A DNA stretch of 64,000 nucleotides from Eledone cirrhosa (GCA_964016885.1 OZ024741.1:333002001-333066000); one strand, 5' to 3'; shown: positions 1 through 14,490, numbered from the stretch's first letter. Program-made: numbers and translations. The notes: generated by a model not told the origin, from the sequence alone.

Positions 1-186
1 TATATACATGCACACATGCATACATATATACATATATACACACATACGCATATACATTCATATGTACATACATACACATACATACATATACACATACATG
101 CACACACACATACATACACACATACATGGATACATACATACATATATATGCATACATACATACACACATACATACAAACATGCATG

Positions 187-229
<43 letters not shown>

Positions 230-1409
230 AGCCTAAGATGGTAAATGATGTGAACAATATACAGTAATTGCTATGATGGTTGTTTATATTTTTTTTATAT
301 AGTATAATGATTTCTTAAATATTCACAAAGCATTTGATTCATAAGAAGATTAAAAGAGATTGTGAGATATTCATGTTTTTTTTTTTAATTTATTTATTAA
401 TGGTCTGGTGTTGAGGAAGTCACTGTGTCCATGGTCTCTGCATGAAATCTAAGACCAATGGGGTCACTCTGGTTAAGGTTCTTTTTGATCAATTGTATAT
501 GAAAGACTGTAAGGAAATAAATGTGAACAATGATATAATTCCAGAGGGAGGAAAAATATTGTGTGAGCGTGAGGAAGAATGGTTAGTGTACTGCCTGGCA
601 CTGGGTAGATAGACTATGTATAAGAAGAAGAGGTGAGGTGAATAAGATGGTCCTAAAACATTGTGGAAAGGAAGGAATAAGAAGAATGGTTAGTGATGAA
701 CCTGGTAGTGGTGGGTAGACCCCCTTCAACTTATTCACGGAGAAGAGGAGAGATGAATAGGTTGATGAGGTCATAAGACAAGGTTTATTTTAAAGAAAAT
801 TTAAAACTACCCAAATGTTTGAGGCAGGTACCATGACTCAGTGTTTTATATTCTTTGAGATGAGAAGCATTTCTAATAGCTATTTTGAACATTTTACCAG
901 TGCTTTATGTCTTTTAACAATACAATCATTTGCTATGTAAGTGCATGTAGTGTCTGACACAAATGTAAACGTTCTGCACAAAATTAGGTTTAGAATAGCA
1001 CATAATCAGCCATTGAAAATCAGCCTTCACATGGTCACTTCACCCGTTAGAAATAGCAGTCAAACTGTTTTAATTATATCCCTATCCACTTAAATATGGA
1101 AATTATCATAATTCTAATACCCACAAAACCACAACACGGACTCAGCACAGCTAAAATAATACTATTAATAATTGATCACAACATATTAATGACCAGACAT
1201 AAAACTGTTAACTTTTCGTTACCATATTTCGTATGATTTTTATACAAAAAATCGATCAAGAGCTTAAAGGCAAATAACTAACTTTCTCATTATTTATCTA
1301 GTGCTGGAACATAACTTAAAGGTTTTAACATACAAAACAGTTTAGTATGAAAAAGGTTAACAATGTGGAAAGAACAGATCAGAGCAAATCCCATTTTTAA
1401 AATCTAAAG

Positions 1410-1650
1410 TCTGTCTTGAGCCTGGTGGCTCATCAGACCAGTGTTTCCCTTGATTTTGAGAGTACAAGTATGCCAGTCCACCACAGAATTAAACCCTCAG
1501 ATATTGCTGGTACTCATTTTCAGCTGAGTGTAGTGGAGCAATGTGAAATAAAGGGTTTTGCTCAAGATCACAAACACAACCCAGTCCAGGAATTGAACCT
1601 ATGTCATTATGACTATAAGTCCAACATACTAGGCCATGCATCTCCACCAT
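1410..1650 (-). mobile_element. Degraded tRNA-derived CORE-type SINE (family A relative)
   Basis: Reverse complement of the family A head and core (cagctgagtg...ggagcaatgtgaaataaag...tgctcaag...ctaggccatgca). Similar copy at 3090-3368. Confidence 0.6.
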
Positions 1651-3546
1651 TTGTTATACAGAAGTCTTATATACAAATATATCCCATTTATATATTGTAA
1701 ATTGATTATTATATGATTATAGAAGATTCTACTCAAACTATGACACTCATATTGTAGTTTGACAAAATCCTTAAATGAAGTGTTTTTAATGACATCAGTG
1801 TGAAAGAAGAATCTGTCTAGAGGAGACACAAGAATCTAAGAATTCTTTTATACATATGGAAAAGAAAGTCCATCCTTAATAGAAAATTACAAAAAGAATT
1901 GGAAAAGCTTTTATTCATCTCAATAACAAGTTGCTCTATCAACAGACATAGAGAAGGAGAATTAAATAAAAGCTGCTATTCTGAAATTTATACTTAAGAC
2001 TGTCATCTAAGAGGTTTAGAGCTAAGAGGGAAAAAAATGTACTCCCAAAGCAAAATTTGCCAGTTCAATACCAAGCAGAAGTTGCAAAGTGAACATATAT
2101 TTTATGATGATTTTTAATCCCTTAACCCTTTCATAACCATATTCCTTCTATAGTTACCATATTCCTTCTACAGTTATCATATTCCTTCTATAATAAACTC
2201 CCCTATGTGTAACTGCTGACCAGGATTGAACCCCAGACCAGGATCTCCATTGTCTCTAACACCTACCACTAGGCTATTGATTTAATTTTAAAGGTTTTAC
2301 TAAAATTATTTCAATTATTAAGATGGTAATTCTAACATGAAAAAATTGTTATATAAAATTATGTTGGAAGATTTTAATTTAGATTGGAACCATTTAAAGA
2401 AGGTAGTTTTGTTCAATAACAACAGAGGCGTTTTGGGGCTGGCTCATGTCAAAAGAGTTGTATGTATTTCTGGAACTATAACTCCTGGTGGAGTCAGAGA
2501 GAAGAATTGACCCTGGTATTAGACGGGTTGGTAATTTATTTATTGACCCCTGATATGATGAAAGGGAGTGTCAGCCTCAAAGGGATTTGAAATCAGTGCA
2601 CACAGAACCGGAATTACAACGCTTTCCAAATCGATGTGTGTCATAGTTAGAATTCAGGATATCAGACTAAATATTGATCTACATTGACAAAATCCCAGAT
2701 CTTATTCACTTGCCAAGTCAATGGAACTCATCAGATAAGACTAAGGAAACAATATTTCCATTGGTCTTTCCATTGCTGATACTATCTACTGGCTGCAACT
2801 CTTGGCTGATAAGAAATACAAATTCAAATAATAACTTACACTCTGTAGAAATTGTTTCACACTTTCTTTTTGTTTTAGAATACTTAACACACACAAAAGG
2901 TTTAAGGCGGTTTCTCCTTGTAAAGTAAGTGTTAGTCAGGTGGCCTCCTAACAGACTTCATGCACATCAAGAGTCCATTTTGAGACAATGTTTTACTGTG
3001 AAATACCCTTCCTGATATCTACAATTTTAGTTGTCTCTTATAGCATGCAGAGATAGAGTGTACCTATTCTGAATCTAAAACGTCTACAGTTTGTCTCGAG
3101 CCTGGTGGCTCATCAGGTTGGTGCTTATCCTGGTTTCTGTGGCATGAAATGACTGAGAATACATGACTTCCCTTTGGAAGGAAAACAACTCCATTGCAGG
3201 GTTAAACCCCCAGCTATTGATGGAACTCATTTTGAGCTGAGTATACTGGAGGAACATGAAATGAAGTGTTTTGTTCAAAAACACAACACACACCCAAGTC
3301 CAGGAATAAAACCCACAATATTATGATCATAAGTTCAATACACTTACCACTAGGCCATGCATCTCCACACAAAACATGTTTTATTAGACTTGACAACACT
3401 AAAACATGTTGTCATAGAAGCCAATGAAACAAGAAATTATTTTTGTGTAAAATTATCTTATTTCATTTATATTTTATTATTAATTTTATCTTCATTATAA
3501 TATTTACTTATCTCTGTATAACTCGTTTTTTGTTTCTCAACCTTAA

Positions 3547-3767
3547 CCCTTTAGCATTTTCATTACTCTATATTTACTATTGTATTTTTGGGGTAAACGC
3601 TTTATCTTACATAATTATCCCACATAATATCAAAGCTATGAGATTTTGATATTATTTATTTTGGGAAAAATACCTTAACATAAGTATGAGCAGCTGGTTA
3701 TAGCCAGTTTGAACAGAAAGAGGTGAGAGAATTCTGGCCGGATGCAGCCGTTTTAAATGCTAAAGGG
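3547..3767. mobile_element. piggyBac-type MITE, 221 bp
   Basis: TTAA|ccctttagcattt ... aaatgctaaaggg|TTAA: TIRs plus TTAA target duplication. Same-length copies at 34010-34230 and 54046-54266. Confidence 0.85.
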
Positions 3768-4352
3768 TTAAGACGTACTAAATATTCCCCTAGTCTGTCA
3801 TGGCTTACTAGATCTATACAGACGTTTGAATTGATAAAATAAATAAATAAAGGAATAACTAGTAAAGAGCATCAAGTTGATGTATTATTTGGAATAATAT
3901 GATAGAAAATATATGAAGGACGAAATAATTCACAAACAAAAAACACTTAAAAAATGTTTTTTAAATGATTTCATAATTGATTTAGAAAATTATATTGTAG
4001 TTATTTCACTGTTGGAAACACTGTATAGAGAAATAGATCTCTAAGTAAGGAGAATGATAGTTAAATGATGATAAATGTAATGTAGTATGAGGCTAAGAGT
4101 AAACAATGAATCTTGACTAAAATTAAAATTTCTGTGAAAAATAGAGTTTTCAACTATTTTGGAGTTCAATATTGTGATGACTTAATTCCATTCATTGCTT
4201 TGGGGAATCAAGTTAAAATCTAGAAAATATTGAATGCTGTGTATGTGTGTGTTTGTGTGTGCATATATGTGTAATTGTTATACATCTATTGGTCTATCAG
4301 TCTATCTATGTAGCTATCCTGTCTCACTCTCTCTCTCCCTCTCTCTCTCTCT

Positions 4353-4405
<53 letters not shown>

Positions 4406-4930
4406 CATATATATATACACATATGTATATATATATATGTATGTATATATATGTATATCTATGTATATATGTGCATATTTTTGTAAATATATATATATAT
4501 ATATTTACAAAAATATACATATATATACGTACATATACATATATATATCATACATGTATCCACCAATTAATCTCTAATTTATTGTCTTTTCTTTTATCGG
4601 AACCTCTACCCGTATCTATGTACATCTCGAATCTGGTTTCCCATGTTAGCACTAAACCCACCAACGAATCCTTATAAGAACACTTACTCAAAAACTACTA
4701 CTATGTACTTACACACTCTCACTTATTTATTTCTTTATATTTTCCATTTTCTTATTTTTTAATGTACCCTATCTTATATTTTACTTTTTACTTTTTACAT
4801 CTGTAACTTCTCTACCTATTTACCATACATGTTTTATTATTGATGTTATTGTTTTGATTATACGCTATTTTATTATTGATGTTATTTTTCTATATAAGTC
4901 TTGCCTCGAGTGAATTACTTCCATATCTAC

Positions 4931-5041
4931 GTACTCTGATGTGTTGACCAGAGGTAAATAATGTATTGGAGATCGAGTGACGCAACCTCAAGCGATTAGT
5001 GAACTCTAGACTCACCTGATCAACAAAACAATTTTCAGTAC
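4931..5041 (+). ncRNA. Degenerate type I hammerhead ribozyme with long stem II
   Basis: gtact-CTGATGt-gttga...(long insert)...tcaac-aAAAC-aatt-tTC-agtac. Stems I and II pair; three core substitutions. Followed by AATAAA and (TA)n. Confidence 0.55.
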
Positions 5042-5196
5042 TTTAAATAAAGCCTTTATTGTACAGCCAACCATGTTACTCTTCATTCTTTAACTATATA
5101 TATATACACATATATATATATATTTATAAAAATATACTTATATATACATACATATACATATATATATACATACATATATATATATATATACATATG

Positions 5197-5235
<39 letters not shown>

Positions 5236-5319
5236 ATTTATATATATATATATAAGATAAGTTATTCCGGCTTGAATCGGAGGTAACCACAGTAAGTAAG
5301 GTAATCAATACATAGCAAA

Positions 5320-5410
<91 letters not shown>

Positions 5411-6074
5411 ATAGCTATATAGATAGTCTGATATGCCGATAGATGTATATATATATATATATATACACAAATATAATTTCAGCGAGATTGTATTTCGGCT
5501 GTGGTCAAAACAAAACGAAACATAATCTTCGAGATAGCCGGCAAACACTCAATGGACTAAGAAGAAACCAGAGCAATTAACATGCGTTATAAAGGCCAGA
5601 CAAATTGAAAATGGCGGTTGTGAAGTCACAAGACACAACAGCCAAATAAACGAACAAACTAAACAGGTTAACAAATAATTACCTGGACCATCCCGGAACA
5701 TGGTGGTAAAATCCTAGGGAGGTTTCTGTGACACCTAAATCAAGTATACTGTCTGCTTTCGTTGTAAGTTTTTGGTATAAAGATCGAACAAGGTAGCCAC
5801 TTTGTCAACAGGTTTTCTGTTCTCAACCGCCTACTGGGTTCAAATGAAGCAGTAGTGAAATTACTACCTCACGTGGTTACTCTGCAAGGGAGGTAACACC
5901 GGTTTTTGGCGGGTGCATTCAAATTGTGTAAAGGAATTGCAAAAAACTGCCCAAATCGAAGTAAGCTCTCAACTGGGTTGTTTTTAAATAAACTTAAGCA
6001 ATTAATCAGTCAATAGAATTGTCCAATTGAATTAACAAATTAATTGCTAGGCCCGGGAGATTAATACAAATATA

Positions 6075-6138
6075 ACCTCTGCTGACGAAGAAAGGTTTCT
6101 CCCTGCGTACAAAAAGCCGGTTATATGATGCCTGTGTT
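6075..6138 (+). mobile_element. Small RTE LINE fragment
   Basis: Translates PLLTKKGFSLRTKSRLYDACV, matching PLLAAKGFSLKMKGRLYDAC in the larger RTE copies. Confidence 0.7.
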
Positions 6139-6357
6139 TGGCAGGTTTTCTATGACTGGATGCCCTTCTTATCACTCATCACTTTACAGAATGTACTGGG
6201 TGTGTTTTATCTTGTCAGCAACATTAGAGAAGTTGGGATGCTCTTGACACACTGAAGAATCCTCTTGATCCTTTTTGGCATGGTATCTAAGGAAGTTGTA
6301 ATGTCTTTGACACAGGCACATTGTTGTCAAAACTTAAAGCTGCATATCTTGTCTAGT

Positions 6358-6850
6358 AATTCCTACATGACTTCATTAATCTTTATCTACATAACACTGA
6401 TTGATCACATGTATGCTTCATGTGTGTGATTGATTCCTACATGATTCATCTTGTCTACATGATACTCTGACCCATCACATGTATGCTTCATGTGTGGGAC
6501 CAATTCCTACATGATTTCATTAATTTTTGTCTACATGTCACTCTGAGCCATCACAAGTGTACTTCATGTGTGTAACCAATTCCTACATAACTTCTTCTTT
6601 CTATATGACACACTGATCAATCACGTGTATCCTTCATGTGATTGACCAATTCCGACATGAATAATTTTTGTATACATGACACTGACCAATCACATACGCT
6701 TCATGTGTATGACAAATTCCTACACGATTCATCTTTGTCTAGATGACATATTGACTGATCACATGTATGCTTCATGTGTGACAAATTCCTACATGATTCA
6801 TCTTAGTCTACACGATACACTGACCAATCACATGTATGCTTCATGTGTGT
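6358..6850. repeat. Minisatellite, ~65-70 bp unit, ~7 copies
   Basis: Recurring aattcctacatgattcatctttgtctacatgacacactgaccaatcacatgtatgcttcatgtgtg. Confidence 0.85.
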
Positions 6851-7188
6851 CAAACTCAAACTGTTTCCCACTAAGTATACATCAGTGATCTGATCTTTTT
6901 TTTCTGCACATAAACTTATACATATCTCTCTATATATCTCTCTACATATCTCTCTGTCTATCTATGTATCTATCTATTTCTCTATCTATTTTCCTATGTA
7001 TCTCTATCTGTCTATCTCAATCTACCCATTTATTTATCTGTTGTTCAATCTATCTTTCTCTCTCCACACAAACACACATGCATATATATATAGAGAGATA
7101 ATATATATATGTGTGTGTGTGTGAGTATGTGTGTATATATCTATATATATCTATTGGCAATATTGGCAACATGACCATCCAAAAATAT

Positions 7189-7236
<48 letters not shown>

Positions 7237-7869
7237 TATATATTTCAGACAGAATTATCAAAAGAAAGAAAAAAAGAAAGAAAAAAGAAAGAAAGAAAGG
7301 TTATTGAACTGTTATTAAATGATTGACTGAATATCTCTTCTGACTTTATATTGAAAGTTTACAATTTGTCATTTTAGTTCGTCAGTCTGCAATGTTGGCT
7401 ACCATTAAAATATCGTCTTTTCTTATTAAATTATACTTAGTCCGAATTCCAGTATTCACCATAAATCAATGGTAATTCAGTTACTACTCATTGAAATTCA
7501 GTAACGCTTAAGGAAAGATCTGTTGTAAACAAATTTAATGTTTGCCAATTTTTTTTTTTTTACGTGTTTTTCATTCAATTCTTAGTGGATAATAAAACAT
7601 GAGCAAAAATTCCAGAACATGTATTTGTATCATTGACAATAATATCTACTTGTTAAATTATAGATCTTAAACTTATTAGGAAATAGTAGTACTGACTCCT
7701 GTAATGTATGAGGGTTGTTGGGTCACCTGTGAAGACTTTCAACTTCGTATAATGTTTCTGGAAGAAACTAAACTCTGGCAGAAACCATTAACTCAAAATT
7801 CTAATTCTTTCTCTCTGTGTTGCTTTTTGTTTTGTCTGAGGTCAGCTTTGAGCAGATAATACTATGAAC

Positions 7870-7903
<34 letters not shown>

Positions 7904-8079
7904 TCATCATCATCATCATCAATGTTTAATGTTTATTTTCCATGCTTCCATGAGTTAGAGAGGTTGTCACATACTGAAGCTTGACTAGTCAGGTTTACCA
8001 TAGTCTGCTTGTATGCTGCTGTATTTTTAGTTTGATCTCTGCAGCTAGATGTCCTTCCTAAGACCAACCATTTTTACAG

Positions 8080-8345
8080 TGTTTACTAGTAGCATTTTAT
8101 CATGATTCTGGCACTACCTCTTTATAGGGTGGACTGGGTTTTTTTTGTCATGGCACCAGCACTATCACGTTATAGAGTGGGCAGAATGCTTTTTTGTTAT
8201 CACACTAGCACTACCACCTTACAAGGTGGATTGGGTGCTTTTCAATGTGGCACCAGTGCTACCACCTTACAGAGCAGATAGGGTGCTTTTTATCGTGGCA
8301 CTAGCACTATCACCTTACAGGATGGACTGGGTAATATTTGTCATG
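8080..8345. repeat. ~42-bp tandem repeat resembling SINE/RTE tail sequence
   Basis: Repeats of gcactaccaccttacagggtggactgggtgctttttatcgtggcacca. Confidence 0.7.
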
Positions 8346-9049
8346 TCATCTGATCTACTGCCTTAGAGTGTGAATTCTTGATTATCTTCAAAGTTATTTG
8401 AAACACATAAGCAGTGTCTTTCATTAGAAATATGGTAATGAATTGGTTAAAAAAGAACAGATACTTAATAGTGTGTATGCTATGTTCTTAACAAAGAACT
8501 TGGCATCTTGAACTTCAATTATAGTCGTCTAGTACTATGTCACCAGAACTCCAGTGGTCTTCAAACCGCAGTTTGGGAATCACTATTTCAGTGCTTTCTT
8601 GTATATGTCAGTATTTGATTGACTTTGAAGTTATCCATTCCAAAAGAGTATATGAATATAGATAACCCTTTTGATATGAAACTGCCTGAAACTAACCCTA
8701 GTTTTATGTCATGCAGCTGTGTATTTCGAAGTGTTTATGTTTATCTAAACACCTTCCATAATAATTTAATGTAAGAACATATGTTAAATTATATTCCAAA
8801 CTCCAGATTAATAATGAGAAACTTATTTTACTTAATCCTCCAAATTTTTGTTTATTTTAAAAATAATTTGAAAATCTTAGGCAACATCTTTCATTAAAAT
8901 ATGGCAACAAAAAGGTTAATGAATTTATACTTTATCTGAAAACCTTCCCTTATAATTTTATATGAGAACATTTAAGTCATGCTCCAAACACCAGCTTAAT
9001 AATGGGAATTCCCTCCAAATTCTATATTATTTCAAAATGTTTTGAAAAC

Positions 9050-9310
9050 GATAGACAGTATCTTTATTTTTAAAATGATTGAAAATGATAGGCAGTGTCT
9101 TAATTTTTAAAATGATAGGCAGTGTGTTAATTTTTGAAATGATAGGCAGTGTCTTAATTTTTAAAATGATAGACAGTGTCTTAATTTTTAAAATGATAGG
9201 CAGTCTTAATTTTTAAAATGATAGACAACATCTTAATTTTTAGAATTATTGAAAATCATAGACAGTGTCTGTATTTTAAAAATGTTTTAAAATCATAGGC
9301 AGTCTTTATT
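9050..9310. repeat. ~27-bp minisatellite
   Basis: Repeats of aaaatgataggcagtgtcttaattttt. Confidence 0.8.
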
Positions 9311-9704
9311 TTCAAAATTATTTAAAACACATAAGCACTGTCTTTCATTAGAAACATGGTGACAAAAGGGTTAATCTTTTGGAAAATAAAAATGTCAACA
9401 ATGTAAATTGTCCAGTCTTAACAATTCCAATGTAGTGGGAATATGGGAGTAGTTAATGACTAATGAAATACTGGCTTGGAAAATTTAATTAATAAAAATG
9501 ATATGTAGGCTAGCTACAAGATGACACAAAGTTAAATTTACACACAAGCATGATAGATAAAATTTAAACTCTTCAAAATAAAACTCATTACAAGTTTTAA
9601 TTCGGAAGACATAAAAGAAGTTGATAGAAGATTTTTATCTAATTAATAATAAGACATTTTATCTGGTTTTTATATAAATATCTTCTTATTCTTTACATTC
9701 TTCT

Positions 9705-9779
<75 letters not shown>

Positions 9780-10379
9780 CTCTCTGTCTCTTTCTCTCCC
9801 ATTCTCACCTTCTCTCTCTTTCTGTTTTTCTCCCTCTCTCTCTTTCTCCCCCTCTCAATCACTTTCTCTCTCTCTTTCTCTCTCATTCTCTCTCATTCTC
9901 TCTCTCTCTATCTCTCATCTTCTCCCTCACTTTCTCTTTCTGAATCTCTCTTTCTCTCTCATTTTCTCCTTCTCTCTAACACCCCATCCCCTGCCCTTTT
10001 CCATTCTTTCTTTCTTTCCTTCTTACTGCATGAAATTCCTCTCTTTCTTGCTCCTGCTGTGTTTTTCACGAGCCTTGTTTTGTCGTGACAATTTCCCTTC
10101 AGGCTTAATGAAATTCAGAAAATAGTATTTATCAATTTCCCCAGAATAGAGAATTGCCATTAAAAGTAACAGCAAATAAAATAAAACAAAACAAAATAAA
10201 AAAAATAACACCTTGTAAATAAATATAAACAACATATATAACTATATACATACATATGTGTGTGTGTGTTTATAAAAATATATATATATATATATGTGTG
10301 TGTGTGTTGGTGTGTGTGTGTGTGTTTATAACAATATATATATATATATATATAAAGAAAATGTAACAACAGTGAAAGT

Positions 10380-10638
10380 GTGGGGCTTAGTGGTTAGGGC
10401 ATTCAACTCATGGTTGTAGGGTAATGAGTTTGATTCCCAGTGGTGTGTCCTTGAGCAAGACACTTTATTTCACACTGCTTCCAGTCCACTCAGCTGGCAA
10501 TAATGAGTTGTACCAGTAATTTCAAATGACCAGGCTGCTTGACATGTCACATTATGTGTCATGCTGAATCTCCCTGATAACTATGTTAAGGATATACACA
10601 TGTTTTTGTGGAATGCTCAATCGTGACTGACAGTATCA

Positions 10639-10640
<2 letters not shown>
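10380..10640 (+). mobile_element. tRNA-derived CORE-type SINE
   Basis: ggcttagtggttagggca (A box), gagtttgattccc (B box), ccttgagcaagacactttatttcac core. Confidence 0.75.
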
Positions 10641-10669
<29 letters not shown>

Positions 10670-11088
10670 TTGGCGGTACTCAGTAATAGAGAAGACCCAC
10701 CTTACCTAAATACATAGTAAAACCTACTACAGTCAGTAGGCATCTCTAACAAAATACCCCCCCCCCCCCCCATCCACACCGCCCCCTTCTATGTAAAGTT
10801 ATGTTGGTGCCACACCATCCAGGCCGAAACAAATGAGATCGTGTAGGTGTCACGACAAAAAAACACACAGTCCACGCTGTAATGTGGCCGTGTAGGCAAC
10901 ACGGTAAAAACCTCCCAGACCCACACTGTAAATGTGGTTGGTGTTAGGATGGGCATCCAACTGTAGAAAACCTGCCAGACAGTCCTATGCGAGCAAGACA
11001 ATCACTCTTGCCTCAAGTGGGAAAACCCCTGTCCAAACCCATGCAAGCGTGGAACACGGACGTTAAACGTTGATGATGATGATGATGA
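10670..11088 (+). mobile_element. RTE LINE 3' end (5'-truncated)
   Basis: Near-identical to 47555-47995; ends gttaaacgtt(gat)n; flanked by (TA)n. Confidence 0.9.
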
Positions 11089-11125
11089 TATATATAGTTA
11101 TGTAATAAACAACATAAGGCAATTA

Positions 11126-11185
11126 TTCCATTTACCAGTGGTTTCTTAAAAGCAAAAAACTTTGCTTTCAATCATCAGAATGAAA
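11126..11185 (-). ncRNA. Type I hammerhead ribozyme, intact core
   Basis: Minus strand: tttcatt-CTGATGA-ttgaaagcaa agtttt ttgcttttaa-GAAA-cc act gg-TA-aatggaa. All three stems pair; GUA cleavage triplet. Confidence 0.85.
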
Positions 11186-11325
11186 AAATCCTGGTGTATT
11201 TATTGATATTGGATTCTAAAACCCAAAATGCAATCTATATGAAAGTGAGGCTGGAGAAGGAAGAAGGAAAGGAAAAATAAAATAAAAACGCACTTACAAA
11301 CACACACACACACAATTATATACAT

Positions 11326-11368
<43 letters not shown>

Positions 11369-11530
11369 TTAAAAAAAGCGAAGTAGTTTCAGAAGTTCTT
11401 TAATGATAATACTCCGATAAGACAATACTCCGATATATACTCTGTCACTCCTATGTGGAAAAAGTACGTTGAGTGCTTGAATTGAATTGCATCAATGTTT
11501 ACCTTAAGTATATATATATATATATATGTA

Positions 11531-11952
11531 TACAAATGCAAACGTATAGAAAGAGTGCAGAGGTATTAGGCATGTACAGAATAACCAGGTAAGAAACAAG
11601 CAATGGTACTAAGCATATATATCACAGTATGGAAAAGGTATCACATAATACAATACAGGTGTAAAAGTATATCAAGCAGACAGAGATGCGTGGGTATGAA
11701 AAGCAGTTTCTATGAAGTTTATGGTGGATGCAATGTGATAATTGTTCCAGTAATGTTAATACTCACAACACATACACATTTGAACATTACCAGAATAATT
11801 ATCACATTGCATCCACCATAAACTTCATACAAACTGCTTTTCATATCCACACATCTCTGTCTGCCATACTGTGATATATATGCTTGTTTCTTAGCTGGTT
11901 ATTCTGAACATGCCTAATACCTATGCACTCTTTCTATACGTTAGCATATGTA
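11531..11952. repeat. Long fold-back inverted repeat
   Basis: Left arm tagaaagagtgca...atggtggatgcaatgtgataatt mirrored by aattatcacattgcatccaccat...tgcactctttcta; centre near 11770. Confidence 0.9.
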
Positions 11953-12164
11953 CCGCTAATGTCCTCGTTTTGCGAGTAACTTTCTTCTTTAATTCCTCTA
12001 TAATTGTTGTATTATTCCTTTATAACCTTTGTCGCATCCACTGATACTGACCACATCATCTTCACTCTTTAAATATGACACTGTTAATGACAACACTAAC
12101 ATCTATGTATCTTTACAATTGTTCTGTGGAATAGGAGGTTAATTATATGTCTAAACTTTGCTAG

Positions 12165-12211
12165 TGCTCCGATGATTCCAAACAAAAGTTTGGAAGAAAC
12201 GATTGTCAGCA
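12165..12211 (+). ncRNA. Type I hammerhead ribozyme (U4C variant)
   Basis: tgct-CcGATGA-ttccaaac aaaa gtttggaa-GAAAC-gatt-GTC-agca. Perfect 8-bp stem II. Confidence 0.8.
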
Positions 12212-12247
12212 AAAAAATGTTTTGAACATAGTTTTGATTATTATGTA

Positions 12248-12285
<38 letters not shown>

Positions 12286-12773
12286 CAACATAACTAAATG
12301 AGAAAACAAAACTAAATAACTATATAAATAAATAAATAACAAAAGACAAAATCAAACAATAATATGAATCAATGAGTAAAAGTGTTTGTCACACACGAAT
12401 GTCTCTCTCTTAGTTTATTTACAGGTGTAAAACTGTAATGGTGAGTTTCAACTGGCTTGTGTCGGTGTCTTCTTTCTAATCACAACTCTTAACATGACAT
12501 GCAAGTTTAATACTAAATATATAAATAAATAGCTAAAATAAAAAAGAATCCAAAGTTTAGAGACAGGTGGTGTGTAGTATGGTGTTGTACTGCTGTACAT
12601 CGTGTGGTGTGTGGTAGTGCAGCATGGTATGGTGTAATGTGGTGTGGTGTGGTGGCGAATATAAATTACTTATTTACACTAGTAATCAGAATTTACTGCC
12701 ATATATAAGGATATGTGTGTGTAAGTATGTGTGTGTGTGTGTGTGTGTATGTATGCATGAATGTATGCATCTA

Positions 12774-12863
<90 letters not shown>

Positions 12864-12958
12864 AATGAAGTAATTCCGTCGGAAAGGTCCAGGAAAAAGA
12901 GTGCTCTATGTAAGTTACAGAGCTTATTAGTTATGTAATAAACAAAATAAGATAATTA

Positions 12959-13018
12959 TTTCATTTACCAGTGGTTTCTTGAGAGCAAACAAATTTGCTT
13001 TCATTCATCAGAATGAAA
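12959..13018 (-). ncRNA. Type I hammerhead ribozyme, same family as 11126
   Basis: Minus strand: tttcatt-CTGATGA-atgaaagcaaa tttg tttgctctcaa-GAAA-ccactgg-TA-aatgaaa. Flanks also shared with the 11126 copy. Confidence 0.85.
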
Positions 13019-13256
13019 AAATCCTGGTGTATTTATTGAAAGTTCATTTGCAAAACAAAAATATAATAAATATGAAAGTGAGGCTGGAGGAAGAAGAAGA
13101 AAAGGAGAAAAAGAATAATAAATATAAAGGTATATAAACACACACGCACACACACACACATATATACATATATACATATATATGCATATATATACATATA
13201 TATACATATATATATATCCATACATACAAATACACATAAATACACAAACACACACA

Positions 13257-13306
<50 letters not shown>

Positions 13307-13538
13307 CATATACATATATATATACACACACATACATACACACACATACATACACACATATACACACATATAAGATATAAATACCTACATACGCAATCAC
13401 ATACAAATAAAAATATAAATATAAAAATTAGAATTAAGGAAATAAAAATTATTATTGAGTTGACAGCGATACAGAGGAGGAGAAAGAACAAATAAAAAAA
13501 ATAAATAAACAAACACACGTGATAAGCAAATGCACAAG

Positions 13539-13582
<44 letters not shown>

Positions 13583-13994
13583 TATATACATATATATACA
13601 TGCATACACATACAACATATATACACATACACAGAAAAATACACACACATATACAGTACAAAGATATACACAGAAAAGTGTATACATACAAATACATATA
13701 CACGCACACATAAATACATACATTTATGTATATACATATACATATTTATATATATATATATATACACACACAGATACATACATATACATACACACACATA
13801 TACAATTCACATTCATACACATTGATATGCATGCATATGCTCACAATCACACGAATAAGAACATATATATAAATGTAGGTGAATATACACATATCGAAAA
13901 ACATATAAATACATTCACGTACACATATGCATGAGAAAAAATACATACAACCACATGCACACATATATATAAGAACATTACTTATATATAAAAA

Positions 13995-14490
13995 AACAAA
14001 TATCGAAAAGAATGGGTATGCATGTAAAGACGCTGCTTGAATCTATTGGCGGTTAACCCTATGTAGGCCCTACGGGACGTAGGTGTTTCAACCTTACATT
14101 TGTAGACAATGTTACTAGAGAGGCATTTCCCGGATAGTGGGCAATCAACCCGATTCCTACAATTACAGTTAGTACTAACTACAGGGTTGCACGTGTTCCT
14201 ACGGCTAGGTAGTTTAGCTAAATTTGAAGCTGTGATGTTATGTGCAAGGTTAGGAGTCGTAGAGTAAGAAATTTTAATAGTATTTCTATTAAAAATTTTA
14301 CTATATTTATGTGTAGGGGGAAAATGCTTCGTAATAAGGGAAAGAAAGATCTTAGCTAATGGTCTGGCCACCTCCATATTATATGGTGGGTTATACCAAC
14401 AAATGCGACGGGATCTATTTCTTCTAGGTCTATTTTCGTACTCTGTATATGCTACCTTATCGACAAATCCACACCGAGCAAGAACTTCAT
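13995..14490 (-). mobile_element. Penelope-like (Naiad-type) fragment: linker plus N-terminal half of GIY-YIG endonuclease, inverted
   Basis: ORF 13982-14521 contains WYNPPY, KIFNRNTIKISYS, CNCRNRVDCPLSGKCL, IVYKC...YIGLT..FKQR..H. Confidence 0.9.

Noticed and set aside
8-244. ORFs rich in YI/HT/CV/RE/poly-M/H (here and at 13001-13964, 21849-23953, 24888-25290, 57836-59364, etc.)
   Set aside because: These are translations of microsatellites, not genes.
6080-6100. ctgacga resembling a hammerhead core
   Set aside because: It is RTE coding sequence (LLTKKGFS) with no GAAA or stem partners.
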